A DNA stretch of 63,903 nt, the filler included, from an uncultured Myxococcia bacterium (GTDB taxonomy: Bacteria; CAZTWC01): NCBI GenBank assembly GCA_964617105.1. It is 6 parts of 6 records of this genome, joined end to end, with 100 filler letters (N's around TTAATTAATTAA, not from the genome) between each part and the next. Parts side by side here need not be neighbours in the genome. Positions count along the whole stretch, not along the records: positions 1 to 10,993 come from CAZTWC010000106.1; positions 11,094 to 21,824 come from CAZTWC010000108.1; 4 more parts are not named here. The stretch is one strand, 5' to 3'. Of this stretch, positions 9,352 to 20,057 are shown in pieces. A program made the position numbers and the translations under genes. Under the pieces are notes generated by a model that saw nothing but the letters and a program-made list of their open reading frames with translations, searched no databases and had not been told where the DNA came from. Positions within the stretch are counted from its first letter, which is position 1. Each line of letters opens with the position of its first letter.

Positions 9352-9734
9352 TCAAGGGTTAATTTTAATCTCTAAATTCTCCAGCCCGTTTTCTTCAAAT
9401 TCATCAAAATATTTTTCACTAATCGTTTCTTCCCTGGTAAACCTCTCTTCCCAATTCATTTTTTCAACTTTGTCAATACCTTCTTGTTTAATCAGGTCCC
9501 TTTTAGCAAGTCTACTCCTGAGTTCATCCCAGAAAGAATCATCTACGAACTCATCTATATATATCAGGACCTGGCTATTTTCTTCATAGTCCCTGGTGGG
9601 GAAAAATTGTTTCAGTTTTTGGTCATAAATAATAGAATTGCCAAATCCAAATTCCTTGGCAAAAGAAAAGAATTTTTGCTCCAGATCCAAATATTTCTGC
9701 CGCTTTGGATCATCGCCAACCTTGTGCTCCCCAC
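9352..9734 (-). CDS. Hypothetical acidic protein, possibly 5'-truncated
   Basis: Open frame from GTG 9734 with protein-like composition (FPTRDYEE, FWDELRSRLA); an in-frame TAG lies immediately upstream. Confidence 0.45.
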
Positions 9735-10215
9735 CTAATTATGAGAAATTTTAGAGTTAAAATAGGGTAACACTTTACCTCCAATTCGGATTTTGATGTG
9801 GCCAAACTTTCTCATCCATGTTTCGCATGCGATCCTCAAAGCTGAGTCCGCTACCTTTTTGGCAGGTTTACCTATGGATTTGATTATACGTTTGGCCAAG
9901 TCCAAAATCCAGTTAAATATATTACCCCTTTCACGTTTGTTGTATTTAACCTCTCCTTTCTTCTCAAAAAAGCATTGGCAAGAGTTTTTTCCGCCTAAAG
10001 AACGGCGCTGTAAGTGGTTCAATTCGTTGGCAGCACTTCGGCAGTAAGCCTCAAGATGATCTGGTCAAGTAAAAATGGACAATTTCCTAAGCCGCTTTTC
10101 TCATAGCCATCATTTCTTCAAATTCAACAGGACTCAGATATTGAGGTAAGTTGAAAAAACTAGACAATTACCATTCGTATGTTTTAATGGAAAAAACGTA
10201 ATTGGAGGTACAATT

Positions 10216-10993
10216 TTGCCGCTAAATATTAAACATTTCGTTCCAGTAACTCCTAATGCAGGTGACAGCCTGATCAGCCTAAAAAGCCGTGATTTGCTTA
10301 GAGAAATAATTCCTGATGCAAATATTATGACCTTTCCGGCTCCTTTAACCGAGTTTAAGATAAATGCTTTTTTTAAACCCGATATAATTGTTATTGGCGG
10401 CGGTCCGCTGTTTGCGTCTTATCATCTGGACCAATTTCCTGGCCGAATAGATATTCCCACTTATATATTGGGCCTTGGAACAATGGCCAGAGCCTTTGAG
10501 GGCGACCAGATTAGAATCAGACTTAATCGCTTTTTTGATAGCCTGCACAATTTAAGACTTGTTTCAACCAGGGAGAACGCTACTAAAGATAGATTTGAAC
10601 GGTTAGGAGTCCAAGCGGTCAATATTGGCTGTCCGGTAATGCATATTGGCCGGGAACCACGGTGGCGCCAAAGACCACCTACCGCGCAAAACAGAGATAT
10701 TCTGCTGATAAACTATCGAGACTTGTATATTCCTAAAGAGTTAAAAATAACACCCCAGAATGCCGGGGAAATTGCTCGGAAATTGAATTACAATAATGCA
10801 ATGATTATTGCTCATTCTTATAATACTGCCATAGATAGGACAAAAGGGATTACGGAAGAGCAGGCAGACTCTCTTAATCATTTTTTAGAATTGAGAAAAA
10901 AGTTTAATGAGTATCTAAGCGAAAAAGAAGAGACTCATCCAGTAGTAAAGAATATTTTAGCCTATGCTCCCAATTTTTTTGTCGATACATTGG
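10216..10993 (+). CDS. Polysaccharide pyruvyl transferase family protein (3' partial)
   Basis: NAGDSLI, DIIVIGGGPLF, LVSTRE..T and GCP motifs; runs into the contig end. Confidence 0.75.
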
Positions 10994-11093
10994 NNNNNNN
11001 NNNNNNNNNNNNNNNNNNNNNNNNNNNNNNNNNNNNNTTAATTAATTAANNNNNNNNNNNNNNNNNNNNNNNNNNNNNNNNNNNNNNNNNNNN
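10994..11093. other. Artificial contig spacer (also 21825-21924, 32604-32703, 43369-43468, 54130-54229)
   Basis: 44 N + TTAATTAATTAA + 44 N. The internal contigs are in decreasing length order (10731, 10679, 10665, 10661 bp). Confidence 0.98.
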
Positions 11094-11605
11094 ATTCCCA
11101 GGTCTGGCTGCCTGGTCAGAAAAACCACAAACAGGGAGGTCACCAGCAAAAGGGGAAAAAATCCCCTGAAAAATGATTTAATCGACTGGGTTTCACTCAA
11201 GCCGGCCAATTTTTTAGCCAAAAAAATCAGCAAAGCCAATTTGGCCAACTCTGAGGGCTGCAGGGTAAAAAAACCGATCCGCAACCAACGTACCGCTCCT
11301 CCCACCTTGATGCCTACGCCAGGAATAATAACAATTACCAGCAGTACCAGGCAAATAATCAAAAATACATTCGCCATCTTCTTTAACAACTCCAGATCGA
11401 TAATCATACAAACATAGAGGGTGATAAAACCCAATACCAGGTTGATAACCTGGCGAATAAAATAGTGAAAACTGCTCAAAGAGTTGTTTAGAGCATACAC
11501 TGAACTGGCGCTGTATATCATCACCAGACCAAAAAGAGTCAGGCCCAATACAGCGTAATAAAAACTGAGGTCAATCCCCTTTTTGCCGCTCTTGTTAAAA
11601 ATCAT
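11094..11605 (-). CDS. ftsW: Cell division protein FtsW (3' partial)
   Basis: GLVMIYSASS, GAVRWL.IG.FTLQPSELAK and QPDLG motifs; ATGA overlap with murD. Confidence 0.93.
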
Positions 11606-12993
11606 AAACCAAAACCACAAGTTTCCCGGGCCACTAGTTGACCAAAATGCTCACCCCGATGTTGATATGACTTATACTGATCAAAACTGGCACAGCCCGG
11701 GGCTAAAAGCAAAGTGCCTCCATTGGTTAATATCTCTATCCCCTTTTTTACCGCCCTCTCCATAGTGCCACAACTAAAAATCCTGGTGACAGACTCTAAT
11801 TCCTGCTCGATATTCCCGGCTGCTTCACCAATGGTCAAAAGATAAGTTTTCTCCCCAAACAGATTTTTTAGAGAGATAAAATCCGCCCCCTTTTCCCGGC
11901 CGCCCATAATCACCGCTAAAGGACCGGTAAAGGTGGAAATAGCTCTTTTGGCGGCATCCACATTGGTGGCCTTGGAGTCGTTAACAAAAGTTATACCGCG
12001 CCAGGTTCCAACTTTTTCCAACCGGTGGGGCAATCCTTGAAAAGCCGTTACGCTGGCTTTGATGGTTTCCTGATCCAAACCAAGAGCCCTGGCGGTTAAA
12101 ATGGCTGCTGCACTATTTTCCAGGTTATGGCTGTTGGCCAGCACCGGATTATCAATGCAGTATTTTTCTGTTTTTTGGCCGGGCATCTGGACAATAATCC
12201 GTTCACCCTCTATCCTGGCCTCTACTCCAGTTTGGCGGCCATAACGAAGCAAAGGGCTATCAATTTTTTCCGCTATTTCACGGCACCAGCGATCGTCCCA
12301 GTTTATAACCGCCCAATCGGACACGTTTTGCCGGGCGAAAAGTTTTCCCTTTAATGAGGCATAATGCTCCATGCTTCCGTGTCGATCCAAATGATCCGGG
12401 CTAATATTGAGCAGCACTCCAACATGGGGGCGAAAACTGTCAACTGTTTCCATTTGAAAACTGCTCACCTCGGCCACCACTACCTGGTAAAGGTCATCTT
12501 GCATGTAACCGGGATTCTTCTCATCTTTAGGTTCCGGCACCAGACAATTCACCAAAGGCCGCCCTATATTACCGCCCACAAAAGTTTTCAGCCCATAATC
12601 CTGGCACAACCGTCCAATCAAACTGACCACCGTACTTTTGCCGTTAGTGCCGGTAACCGCCACCAGAGAAGATTTCAAATGGCGGCTGACCAGTTCGATA
12701 TCTCCTAGTACTGTTTTAGATTTTTTAATAGCCGCTGCCAGGGGATGCACCTCCAGGGGAACTCCGGGGCTGGGCACAATCAGATCTGCTTCAAAAAAAC
12801 TTTTCTCCTGGAAACCGCCAAACTCCCAACTGATCTTCTGGTTAGCAAATCGCTCCTTTATCGAGCTTAATTGATTCGCGGATTTGATATCGGTAACAGT
12901 AATTAAAGCGCCCCGCTGCAAGAAGAAAGGGATCATAGCCTCAGTTGTAGAGGCGGCACCCACCAGCAGAATCTTTTTATCCTTTAAATTCAA
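11602..12993 (-). CDS. murD: UDP-N-acetylmuramoyl-L-alanine--D-glutamate ligase
   Basis: PSPGVP, VTGTNGKST, EVSSFQ, PDHLDRH, NDSKATN and APGCASFDQY motifs. Confidence 0.96.
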   Translation of the reverse strand: MNLKDKKILLVGAASTTEAMIPFFLQRGALITVTDIKSANQLSSIKERFANQKISWEFGGFQEKSFFEADLIVPSPGVPLEVHPLAAAIKKSKTVLGDIELVSRHLKSSLVAVTGTNGKSTVVSLIGRLCQDYGLKTFVGGNIGRPLVNCLVPEPKDEKNPGYMQDDLYQVVVAEVSSFQMETVDSFRPHVGVLLNISPDHLDRHGSMEHYASLKGKLFARQNVSDWAVINWDDRWCREIAEKIDSPLLRYGRQTGVEARIEGERIIVQMPGQKTEKYCIDNPVLANSHNLENSAAAILTARALGLDQETIKASVTAFQGLPHRLEKVGTWRGITFVNDSKATNVDAAKRAISTFTGPLAVIMGGREKGADFISLKNLFGEKTYLLTIGEAAGNIEQELESVTRIFSCGTMERAVKKGIEILTNGGTLLLAPGCASFDQYKSYQHRGEHFGQLVARETCGFGL

Positions 12994-13011
12994 GCGATTA
13001 CTCCTACTTTA

Positions 13012-14472
13012 TCAACCAAATGACTGATTTAAGTGTTCAACCACTCTTTCAGTAGCCATCCCCCTGGATCCCTTGACCAGTATTGCATCACCGGGTTTAA
13101 CCTGCTTATCCAACCAACCGAGCACCTCCTCCATATCCTGGCTGTGAAATAGAGGGTCTTCACAACCATACTTGGTCAAAATCTGATGACAATCCTCCAT
13201 ATTGGGTCCATACAGGGCAATAACGTCCAATTCTGCCACCGCCAATGCAGCTCCAACCTGCTGATGACTCTCCAGGCTGGCCTCTCCCAATTCCAGCATA
13301 TCTCCCAAAACTACCACTCGACGTTTTCCCTCTTTGGAGGTGAGGTCATGAAGGGTTTTAATAGCCATATCCAGAGAACGGGGGTTTGAATTGTAAGTAT
13401 CATCAATAATTACAATTTTCCCCGACCGGACTACATTTAAGCGGGAGGGCGCCACCTGTGCTTTCTGAAGTCCGGCAGCAATATCTTTGGCAGGGATCCC
13501 CAGTATCCTGGCCGCACAGATGGCTGCCAGGGCATTAAAAACATTGTGCTTACCCAAGTGGGGCAATTGAAATTGAAATTTTTCTTTATTAATCTGAACT
13601 TCAAAGACCAGGTTTAACACATCATTGTAATCCCAATGGGTAAGACGAACGTCAGAACCCCGATTTTTTCCAAAGGTGATGGTGCTGATATTCGGCAGTT
13701 TTATCGCGCGCATCGCTAGAGGATCATCGGCGTTGATCACAGCGGTAATATCCCCTTTGGCCGGGTAGTTATCTTTTACTTTCTTTTGGATCATCATAGC
13801 GAACAACTCTGCCTTGGCCTTGAATACCTCCTCGATATCCTTGAGAAACTCCAGGTGCACCGGGTGAACATTGGTGATCACACCTACATGGGGAGAGGCT
13901 ATCTCTGCCAACCGGGCGATCTCTCCCCGGCGGTTCATTCCCATCTCCACCACAGCGAATTTGTGCTTTTCTTCCATTTGCAAAAGGGTCAGGGGCATAC
14001 CAATCAGGTTATTGAAATTACCCTGATTTTTCAATACCGCATCTTCTCCGGCATGATGAACCAGAATTGAATAGAGCATCTCCTTACAGGTGGTTTTGCC
14101 ATTACTGCCAGTTATTGCCACCAGAGGAATATGGGGTAGTTTATTACGTATAAAGGCAGCCAGATTACCCAAAGCCTTTAGCGTATCCTTAACCATAATA
14201 ACCACCTCTTCCCTGGCCAGAGCAATGACCAAGGCTGAATTGGCCTTCAGGAAAGCGTCATCCACCATCACTCCCCCGGCCCCTTTTTCTAGAGCATCTT
14301 TAATATAATCGTGGCCATCATAATTTTCCCCTTTCAGGGCCAGGAACAACTGGCCGGGCTTAATAGTGCGACTATCTATAGAAATACCGTCAAAAGCCTC
14401 GACACCGTGGCGGGCCAACATTTTTCCTTTTACCCCTTCCATTACATCAACAATGTCCAACCTGATATTCAT
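13012..14472 (-). CDS. murF: UDP-N-acetylmuramoyl-tripeptide--D-alanyl-D-alanine ligase
   Basis: ITGSNGKTT, GNFNN.IG.PLTL, EMGMN, DDTYNSNP, LGDMLELG and VKGSRG motifs. Confidence 0.96.
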   Translation of the reverse strand: MNIRLDIVDVMEGVKGKMLARHGVEAFDGISIDSRTIKPGQLFLALKGENYDGHDYIKDALEKGAGGVMVDDAFLKANSALVIALAREEVVIMVKDTLKALGNLAAFIRNKLPHIPLVAITGSNGKTTCKEMLYSILVHHAGEDAVLKNQGNFNNLIGMPLTLLQMEEKHKFAVVEMGMNRRGEIARLAEIASPHVGVITNVHPVHLEFLKDIEEVFKAKAELFAMMIQKKVKDNYPAKGDITAVINADDPLAMRAIKLPNISTITFGKNRGSDVRLTHWDYNDVLNLVFEVQINKEKFQFQLPHLGKHNVFNALAAICAARILGIPAKDIAAGLQKAQVAPSRLNVVRSGKIVIIDDTYNSNPRSLDMAIKTLHDLTSKEGKRRVVVLGDMLELGEASLESHQQVGAALAVAELDVIALYGPNMEDCHQILTKYGCEDPLFHSQDMEEVLGWLDKQVKPGDAILVKGSRGMATERVVEHLNQSFG

Positions 14473-16052
14473 GCTATTTTTTCTCCCAAATAGTTTAAGG
14501 CCAGGTAATTCGAGCCGATAGCCTTGACTATCTCTTCTCGATCATCAAAATGGTAGCGCTTCTCTCCTACCAACTGATAATTTTCATGCCCCTTTCCGGC
14601 CACCAACAGTGTGTCCCCGGCTCTCATCGATTCCACCGCTTGATAAATAGCCTGACGCCGGTCGATGATAACCAGGTGGCAATGTTGGCCAACGGTTATG
14701 GTGTTTATATCTTTCTCATCCACCTGTGGGCATTGGTTAGAAGAGATACCTTTGCAAATATCTTCTATAATCTCCCGGGACTCCTCAGTACGAGAATTAT
14801 CGTTGGTTAGGATAGTCACCTCTGCCCCCTGGGTGGATATCTTTCCCATTTTGGGACGTTTATCCCGGTCCCGATCGCCTCCGCAGCCAAACAGAACCAA
14901 AAGACGGCCAGCAGTTATCGATTTTAAGGTTTCAATAGCCTGAGCCAGGGCATCAGGAGTATGAGCGTAATCAACCACCAGGTTTATCCCTAACTTGTTC
15001 TCTACCCTATCCATCCTGCCCGGCACCCGCCTAAAAGTAGACAGCGGTGGTAAAAACTGTTCATCTTCCAAGCCCAATCCGCAACATATAGCCATAGCGC
15101 AGAGCAAATTCTCCAAATAGCATTTGCCCATTAAAGGTGATTTAAAGGGATACTCGCGGCCCGCTATCTGCACTTTCGCCCTAATCCCTTTTTCACTAAA
15201 GGAGCAGTCGTGAGCGCTTACATCGACATCCTTAATCGGCGTTTCGATTCCATAGGTGATCACTTTAGGTCGAATAGAGTTTTCCAGGCTGGATACGGTT
15301 TTCAGGATACGCCTACCGGCCCGGTTACCAACATTGAGTACCGCCAGTGGTGGCTGCAAACCTTTGCTGGCAGGTAATAGTTGGCTAAAAAGGCGCTCCT
15401 TTTGCTGGAAATATTCCTCCATATCGGAATGGTAATCCAGGTGATCCTGAGAAAGATTGGTAAAAGCGGCCAGGCGAAAATCCAACCCCGCTACCCTCTG
15501 CTGTTTTATGGCATGGGAAGATACTTCCATCACCACGGTTTCCACTTTGGCATCCGCCATTTCAACTAGCATACGGTTTATCTTTTCCACCTCCGGTGTG
15601 GTGTGGGGAGCGGAAAATTCCTTTTGCAGGTATCTATAGTTAATAGTGCCGAGGACACCGCATTTACGCCTTAAATATTGGAAAACCGCTTCCACCAAAA
15701 AAGTCACCGAAGTCTTGCCATTGGTCCCGGTTATTCCCACCAGTTTCATCCGCCGGGATGGATGTCCGTGAATCCTGGCGGACAGTTGGCCGAAAATATA
15801 GGCACTGTCTTCCACTACCATATAATCGGTGGCAATATGGTCGGGAATATTTTGAGCAACGATACAAACTGCCCCTTTATTTACAGCATCATCAATAAAC
15901 CGGTGCCCATCAACCTGCAAACCAGACCGGGCGCAAAAAAGGCTTCCCTTCTCTACCTGCCGGGAATCACTGGTAACATTAGTAATTGACGGATTATTCT
16001 TTATCCTCAACTGCTTATGTTCCAACCCGGTTATCAATTGCTCTAGTTTCAT
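14469..16052 (-). CDS. murE: UDP-N-acetylmuramoyl-L-alanyl-D-glutamate--2,6-diaminopimelate ligase
   Basis: ITGTNGKT, HTTPE, EVSSH, DHLDYH, DYAHTPDAL, FGCGGDRD, DNSR and AGKGHE motifs. Confidence 0.96.
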   Translation of the reverse strand: MKLEQLITGLEHKQLRIKNNPSITNVTSDSRQVEKGSLFCARSGLQVDGHRFIDDAVNKGAVCIVAQNIPDHIATDYMVVEDSAYIFGQLSARIHGHPSRRMKLVGITGTNGKTSVTFLVEAVFQYLRRKCGVLGTINYRYLQKEFSAPHTTPEVEKINRMLVEMADAKVETVVMEVSSHAIKQQRVAGLDFRLAAFTNLSQDHLDYHSDMEEYFQQKERLFSQLLPASKGLQPPLAVLNVGNRAGRRILKTVSSLENSIRPKVITYGIETPIKDVDVSAHDCSFSEKGIRAKVQIAGREYPFKSPLMGKCYLENLLCAMAICCGLGLEDEQFLPPLSTFRRVPGRMDRVENKLGINLVVDYAHTPDALAQAIETLKSITAGRLLVLFGCGGDRDRDKRPKMGKISTQGAEVTILTNDNSRTEESREIIEDICKGISSNQCPQVDEKDINTITVGQHCHLVIIDRRQAIYQAVESMRAGDTLLVAGKGHENYQLVGEKRYHFDDREEIVKAIGSNYLALNYLGEKIA

Positions 16053-16105
16053 TGATCTCACCAATTTTCAACCCGACATTGAAATCACGGGGATTCTTTT
16101 CGATC

Positions 16106-17884
16106 TTAATCTTCTGATTCATCCAGAAGAACCAACCCCTTGGAGCCGGAAGAGGGGATAACCTTCAAGTAACGCAAAGTTTCGTTTACCACCTTGCTAA
16201 ATACTGGTCCAGCCACCACTCCGCCATAATATTTCCCTTGGGGTTCATCCACCACTGCCACCACCGCTATACGGGGATTATCAATGGGGGCGATACCGGC
16301 AAAAGAGGCGATATATTTTCCCCGGGCATAACCCCTCACCAACCGGTCCGCTTTTTGGGCTGTTCCCGTCTTTCCCCCTACCCGGTAGCCGGGCACTCTA
16401 GCCAGAACTCCCGTGCCATCTTGCTCCATCACTTTTTCTAACATAACCCGCAATTCAGCCGCTGTTTCCCTGGAAATCACCTTGTCAACCGCCTGGGGAG
16501 CAAACTCTTTTATGGTTTTTCCAGTACAGGTGACAATCTTCTTTACCAGCCGCGGACGAAAAAGAGTTCCGCCATTTGCTACCGCCGCAAATGCCGCTGC
16601 CAGTTGCACACCAGTAATCGATATTCCCTGGCCAAAACTTCTATTAATATAACCGATTTTAGACCATTTCTTGGGAGAGGATAAAATTCCCTTTCCTTCT
16701 CCAGGTAAGTCGATGCCGCTTTTTTTACCAAATCCAAATTTTCTGAGATAAAAATATAATTTTTGGGCAGACAACCTGTCCATAATTTTACCCACCCCAA
16801 TGTTACTGGAAAACTTGATTATCTCCCTGGGAGTCAACCATTGATAAGGATGGGAATCGTGAATAATCTTTCCTCCTACCGCCCATTTGCCGTTTTCGCA
16901 AAAAATCTTCTCTCCTTGCTGAACTTTTTTCTCCTCCAACGCTGCGGCCATGGCTATAATCTTCAAGGTTGAGCCTGGTTCAAACAGATTGGTTACCGCA
17001 TAATTTTTACGCAATTTGGAACCAAATTCTTTGAAACGATTAAGATCGTAACTGGGATAATTGGCCAGGGCCAATATCTCCCCATTAGAAACGTCCATCA
17101 CTACTACAAAACCGTTTAGGGCCTTATGTTTGGTAACCGCCTGTTTGAGATACTTTTCCGCTACATACTGTAGATTGCTGTCCAAAGTTAACACCAGGTT
17201 ATGCCCCTCGCTGTCTTCCTGGGAAATCTCCTGGTGAGGAAATAGTTTTCTTCCCCGGTTATCTTTGACTACCTCGATATTTACCCCCTGAGCAGTCATT
17301 TGCCGGTTAAACTTCAACTCCAATCCCTCTAACCCTTTACCTTCACTACCAATGAATCCTATCAAATTAGCGGCTAAAAATGTGTGTGGATAGTAACGTT
17401 TACCCTCGGTGATATAAAACAAGCCCGCCATTTTTCGCTTTTTCATCTCCTCCTGCATGGCATTTATGTTCTTCTTCAAAGAAGGGTCTAAACGCCGGGC
17501 CACCCAAACAAATCGAGAATCCTGGGATAATTTCTTCTCCATCTTTTTTTTATCCAGGCCCAGATATTTGTCCAGCAGTTTGGCATATTCTCCAGGATGA
17601 GACACCATGGTGGCATCAGCGGTAATAGAGGTGGTTTTAATACTTAACGCAAAGGGTTCCTTTTTTCGATCGTAAATATTTCCCCGTTTTCGAGGAAGTT
17701 TAGCCACTCGGACATGCTGGCGCCTGGAGAGTTCCGAGTAATGTTTCCCTTTTATTATTTGCAGGAAAAAAGAGCGGTAACCAAGCCCTAAAAGACAAGT
17801 GACAAAGATCATAAAAACCAAATAGACCCTCACCCTGGTCCAATTAATCTGCTTTTTATTTTTGGGCGATTTGTATACTTTCAT
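16106..17884 (-). CDS. ftsI: Penicillin-binding protein FtsI (PBP3)
   Basis: RGNIYDR, EPGSTLK (SxxK), SSN (SxN) and KTGTAQK motifs; one N-terminal TM helix. Confidence 0.95.
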   Translation of the reverse strand: MKVYKSPKNKKQINWTRVRVYLVFMIFVTCLLGLGYRSFFLQIIKGKHYSELSRRQHVRVAKLPRKRGNIYDRKKEPFALSIKTTSITADATMVSHPGEYAKLLDKYLGLDKKKMEKKLSQDSRFVWVARRLDPSLKKNINAMQEEMKKRKMAGLFYITEGKRYYPHTFLAANLIGFIGSEGKGLEGLELKFNRQMTAQGVNIEVVKDNRGRKLFPHQEISQEDSEGHNLVLTLDSNLQYVAEKYLKQAVTKHKALNGFVVVMDVSNGEILALANYPSYDLNRFKEFGSKLRKNYAVTNLFEPGSTLKIIAMAAALEEKKVQQGEKIFCENGKWAVGGKIIHDSHPYQWLTPREIIKFSSNIGVGKIMDRLSAQKLYFYLRKFGFGKKSGIDLPGEGKGILSSPKKWSKIGYINRSFGQGISITGVQLAAAFAAVANGGTLFRPRLVKKIVTCTGKTIKEFAPQAVDKVISRETAAELRVMLEKVMEQDGTGVLARVPGYRVGGKTGTAQKADRLVRGYARGKYIASFAGIAPIDNPRIAVVAVVDEPQGKYYGGVVAGPVFSKVVNETLRYLKVIPSSGSKGLVLLDESED

Positions 17885-18180
17885 TTCGGGTCTGAAATCA
17901 CTTTTTTCTGGGTTGGTGATTTAAAATTCATCTTTTTGGCACTTTGCCGTAAATGCCGGGGCGACTTCAATTCGGCCAGGTTTAAAACCAATTGTTGCTG
18001 TTGCTCCTTCAAATTTGCCTTAATCTTGTACTCCGAGGACAACTGGTAACTCAATCTGATGGTTGACATCTTTAGCCATACCAGGGAAACCAGCACTATC
18101 AAAAAGCCCATAAACACCAAAAGCCCTTTGGCAAACTCTTTAAACAGAGGGTAGGAATTTTTCGGTTTTTTTCCTCTCAT
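17881..18180 (-). CDS. ftsL: Cell division protein FtsL
   Basis: One TM helix plus coiled coil ending L.SP..L...A; lies between rsmH and ftsI. Confidence 0.8.
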   Translation of the reverse strand: MRGKKPKNSYPLFKEFAKGLLVFMGFLIVLVSLVWLKMSTIRLSYQLSSEYKIKANLKEQQQQLVLNLAELKSPRHLRQSAKKMNFKSPTQKKVISDPK

Positions 18181-19133
18181 ATCACTTTTTCCACTGCTCT
18201 CAGGCGGGCACTCCTGGCCCTGGGATTAGCATTTACCTCTACCGGATCAGCTATGAGCCCTTTTTTGTTCAACAAGTTGAACTCCTTTTTGGCTCCACAA
18301 CAGCAAACTGGAAATTGGGGTGGACAATTGCACTGTCCGGCCAACCGATTAAAACTCCTTTTCACCCTTCTATCTTCCAGAGAATGGAAGGTGATCACCA
18401 ATAACCTCCCCCCTTTTTTTAACAACCCCGGCGCTTGAGCCAGAAAACTGTCCAGGTTTCCCATTTCATCGTTTACCCATATTCGTAGGGCCTGAAAAGT
18501 TCTGGTAGCCAAATCTATTTTACCTCTTTTGCACCCCTTGCTGATTAATACCCCGCGCACCACATGAGCCAACTGTAAAGTATTTTCCAGTTTTCCCTGT
18601 TTAAATTCCCGAAGAATCGCCCTGGCTACAGCGTTTGCCAACCTCTCCTCGCCAAAATTACGGATATGGCCTGACAACTTCTTATGGTCTGTTTCAGACA
18701 ACAATTGAGCCAGGCTTTTCCCCTTTAAAGGGTTCATACGCATATCCAGTTTTCCAGCCCCGCCAAAACTAAATCCTCGCTTTTTACAATCTAACTGCCT
18801 GGAAGATAGCCCCAAATCAACCAAAATACCATCCACCTGATTAAATCCGGCCAAATTGACCAATTGCTGGATATCTTTAAAATTTCCGTGTATAAAGTGT
18901 GTTCTCTCGCCAAAAGAGGCAAGCTGTTCCCGGGCCGATTGTAACGCCTCGGAGTCTGTATCCATGCCCAACAAACGGCTATTGGGCGCTGCTTTTAATA
19001 TCTGGGCCGAATGTCCACCTCCGCCTATTGTGGCGTCAATATACAAACCGTCCTCTCTGGGAGCGAGCACTTCTAATACCTGATTCGGCAATACCGGTAG
19101 ATGCCCGCCATATTCTCTCCCCCCATAACTCAT
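18177..19133 (-). CDS. rsmH: 16S rRNA (cytosine1402-N4)-methyltransferase
   Basis: HLPVL, DATIGGGGHS, DLGLSS.QLD, TFQALRI.VNDE, FHSLEDR and NPRARSARLR motifs. Confidence 0.97.
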   Translation of the reverse strand: MSYGGREYGGHLPVLPNQVLEVLAPREDGLYIDATIGGGGHSAQILKAAPNSRLLGMDTDSEALQSAREQLASFGERTHFIHGNFKDIQQLVNLAGFNQVDGILVDLGLSSRQLDCKKRGFSFGGAGKLDMRMNPLKGKSLAQLLSETDHKKLSGHIRNFGEERLANAVARAILREFKQGKLENTLQLAHVVRGVLISKGCKRGKIDLATRTFQALRIWVNDEMGNLDSFLAQAPGLLKKGGRLLVITFHSLEDRRVKRSFNRLAGQCNCPPQFPVCCCGAKKEFNLLNKKGLIADPVEVNANPRARSARLRAVEKVI

Positions 19134-19138
19134 AATTT

Positions 19139-19621
19139 TTAAAGCCCATACTCCCGCATAGTCTTTTCAAACTCCTCCGGGTTATCCAGCAACAAGTTTT
19201 CTTCCTCTTTCTCCTTGATCCGCCAGTTTTCAGGACTCCATATCTCAATTTCATTACCCATACCCACCCAGACCGACTCCTTATTGATTGCAGCATACTC
19301 CCGCAACTCTTTTTCTAACTTAATCCGGCCGTTAGCTTTAATTTCGCAATGACTGGCACTGCCTAAAAAATAGTGCCGCAGGGCTTGCAATTTCTTTTCA
19401 AACTTGGATTGTTCAGAAATTTTATCGCTGAATTTTTGCCAGACACAACAAGGAAAAGCCTTCAAGCAATTTTCTCTGGGCCATTTAGTGATCACCAGAG
19501 TAGACTCCCCCATTGCAACCAAATAATCTCTGACTCTAGCCGGCAAAATCGTCCTACCCTTATCATCTATCGACCGGGTGTAGGTTCCGTGAAATGGTTT
19601 TATTTCACAGACAAACTCCAT
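19139..19621 (-). CDS. mraZ: Division/cell-wall cluster repressor MraZ
   Basis: FHGTY..SIDDKGR and second repeat NGRI.L...LREYA; likely ATG at 19621. Confidence 0.93.
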   Translation of the reverse strand: MEFVCEIKPFHGTYTRSIDDKGRTILPARVRDYLVAMGESTLVITKWPRENCLKAFPCCVWQKFSDKISEQSKFEKKLQALRHYFLGSASHCEIKANGRIKLEKELREYAAINKESVWVGMGNEIEIWSPENWRIKEKEEENLLLDNPEEFEKTMREYGL

Positions 19622-19625
19622 AAAT

Positions 19626-19665
19626 TCCCCACTTTCGTACACTTCATGACACTTTACGCCACAAT
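19626..19665 (-). promoter_or_regulatory. MraZ operator: four GTG-core direct repeats at a 10-bp period
   Basis: Minus strand reads TTGTGGCGTA AAGTGTCATG AAGTGTACGA AAGTGGGGAA immediately before the mraZ ATG. Confidence 0.75.
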
Positions 19666-20057
19666 CTTTCTAAAATTTGTCATATATATATTAGCCTGTC
19701 AACAAAATACAAACAGGAGATAAAATCTTTTTTTATCGATATTATTAGGCACAACATATAGTATATGCAACGTATTAAACCACCTCCTTTTGGGCCTTTA
19801 CACAAAATGTCAAACTATGACTTTCAAAGTGCTTTATCGAGATGTTTTGTTTTCTTTATAATGCCGGAAGGTTATATGAGATTGCTAATGTAAACTATTT
19901 AATATGGATAATACAGGTGTGATAATCACCCTGATTACTGATTGACAATCTGCATTTTAGGTGCAAATTTGCGGAAAACTGTAGATATTGACTGTTTTTT
20001 AGGCAGAAAGTAAATAGACATTGGCCAGTGCCCATCAGGAAATCAACTGGCTACTTA

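Noticed and set aside
10994-11093. Recurring TTAATTAATTAA palindrome within N runs, and ORFs ending in X...LIN
   Set aside because: Synthetic contig linker with stops in all frames. Adjacency across linkers has no biological meaning.
11214-19723. Many 60-115 aa alternative-frame ORFs over the dcw genes (similar ones over nrdJ, terL and the large lipoproteins)
   Set aside because: Short shadow ORFs overlapping well-supported genes, with no recognisable motifs.
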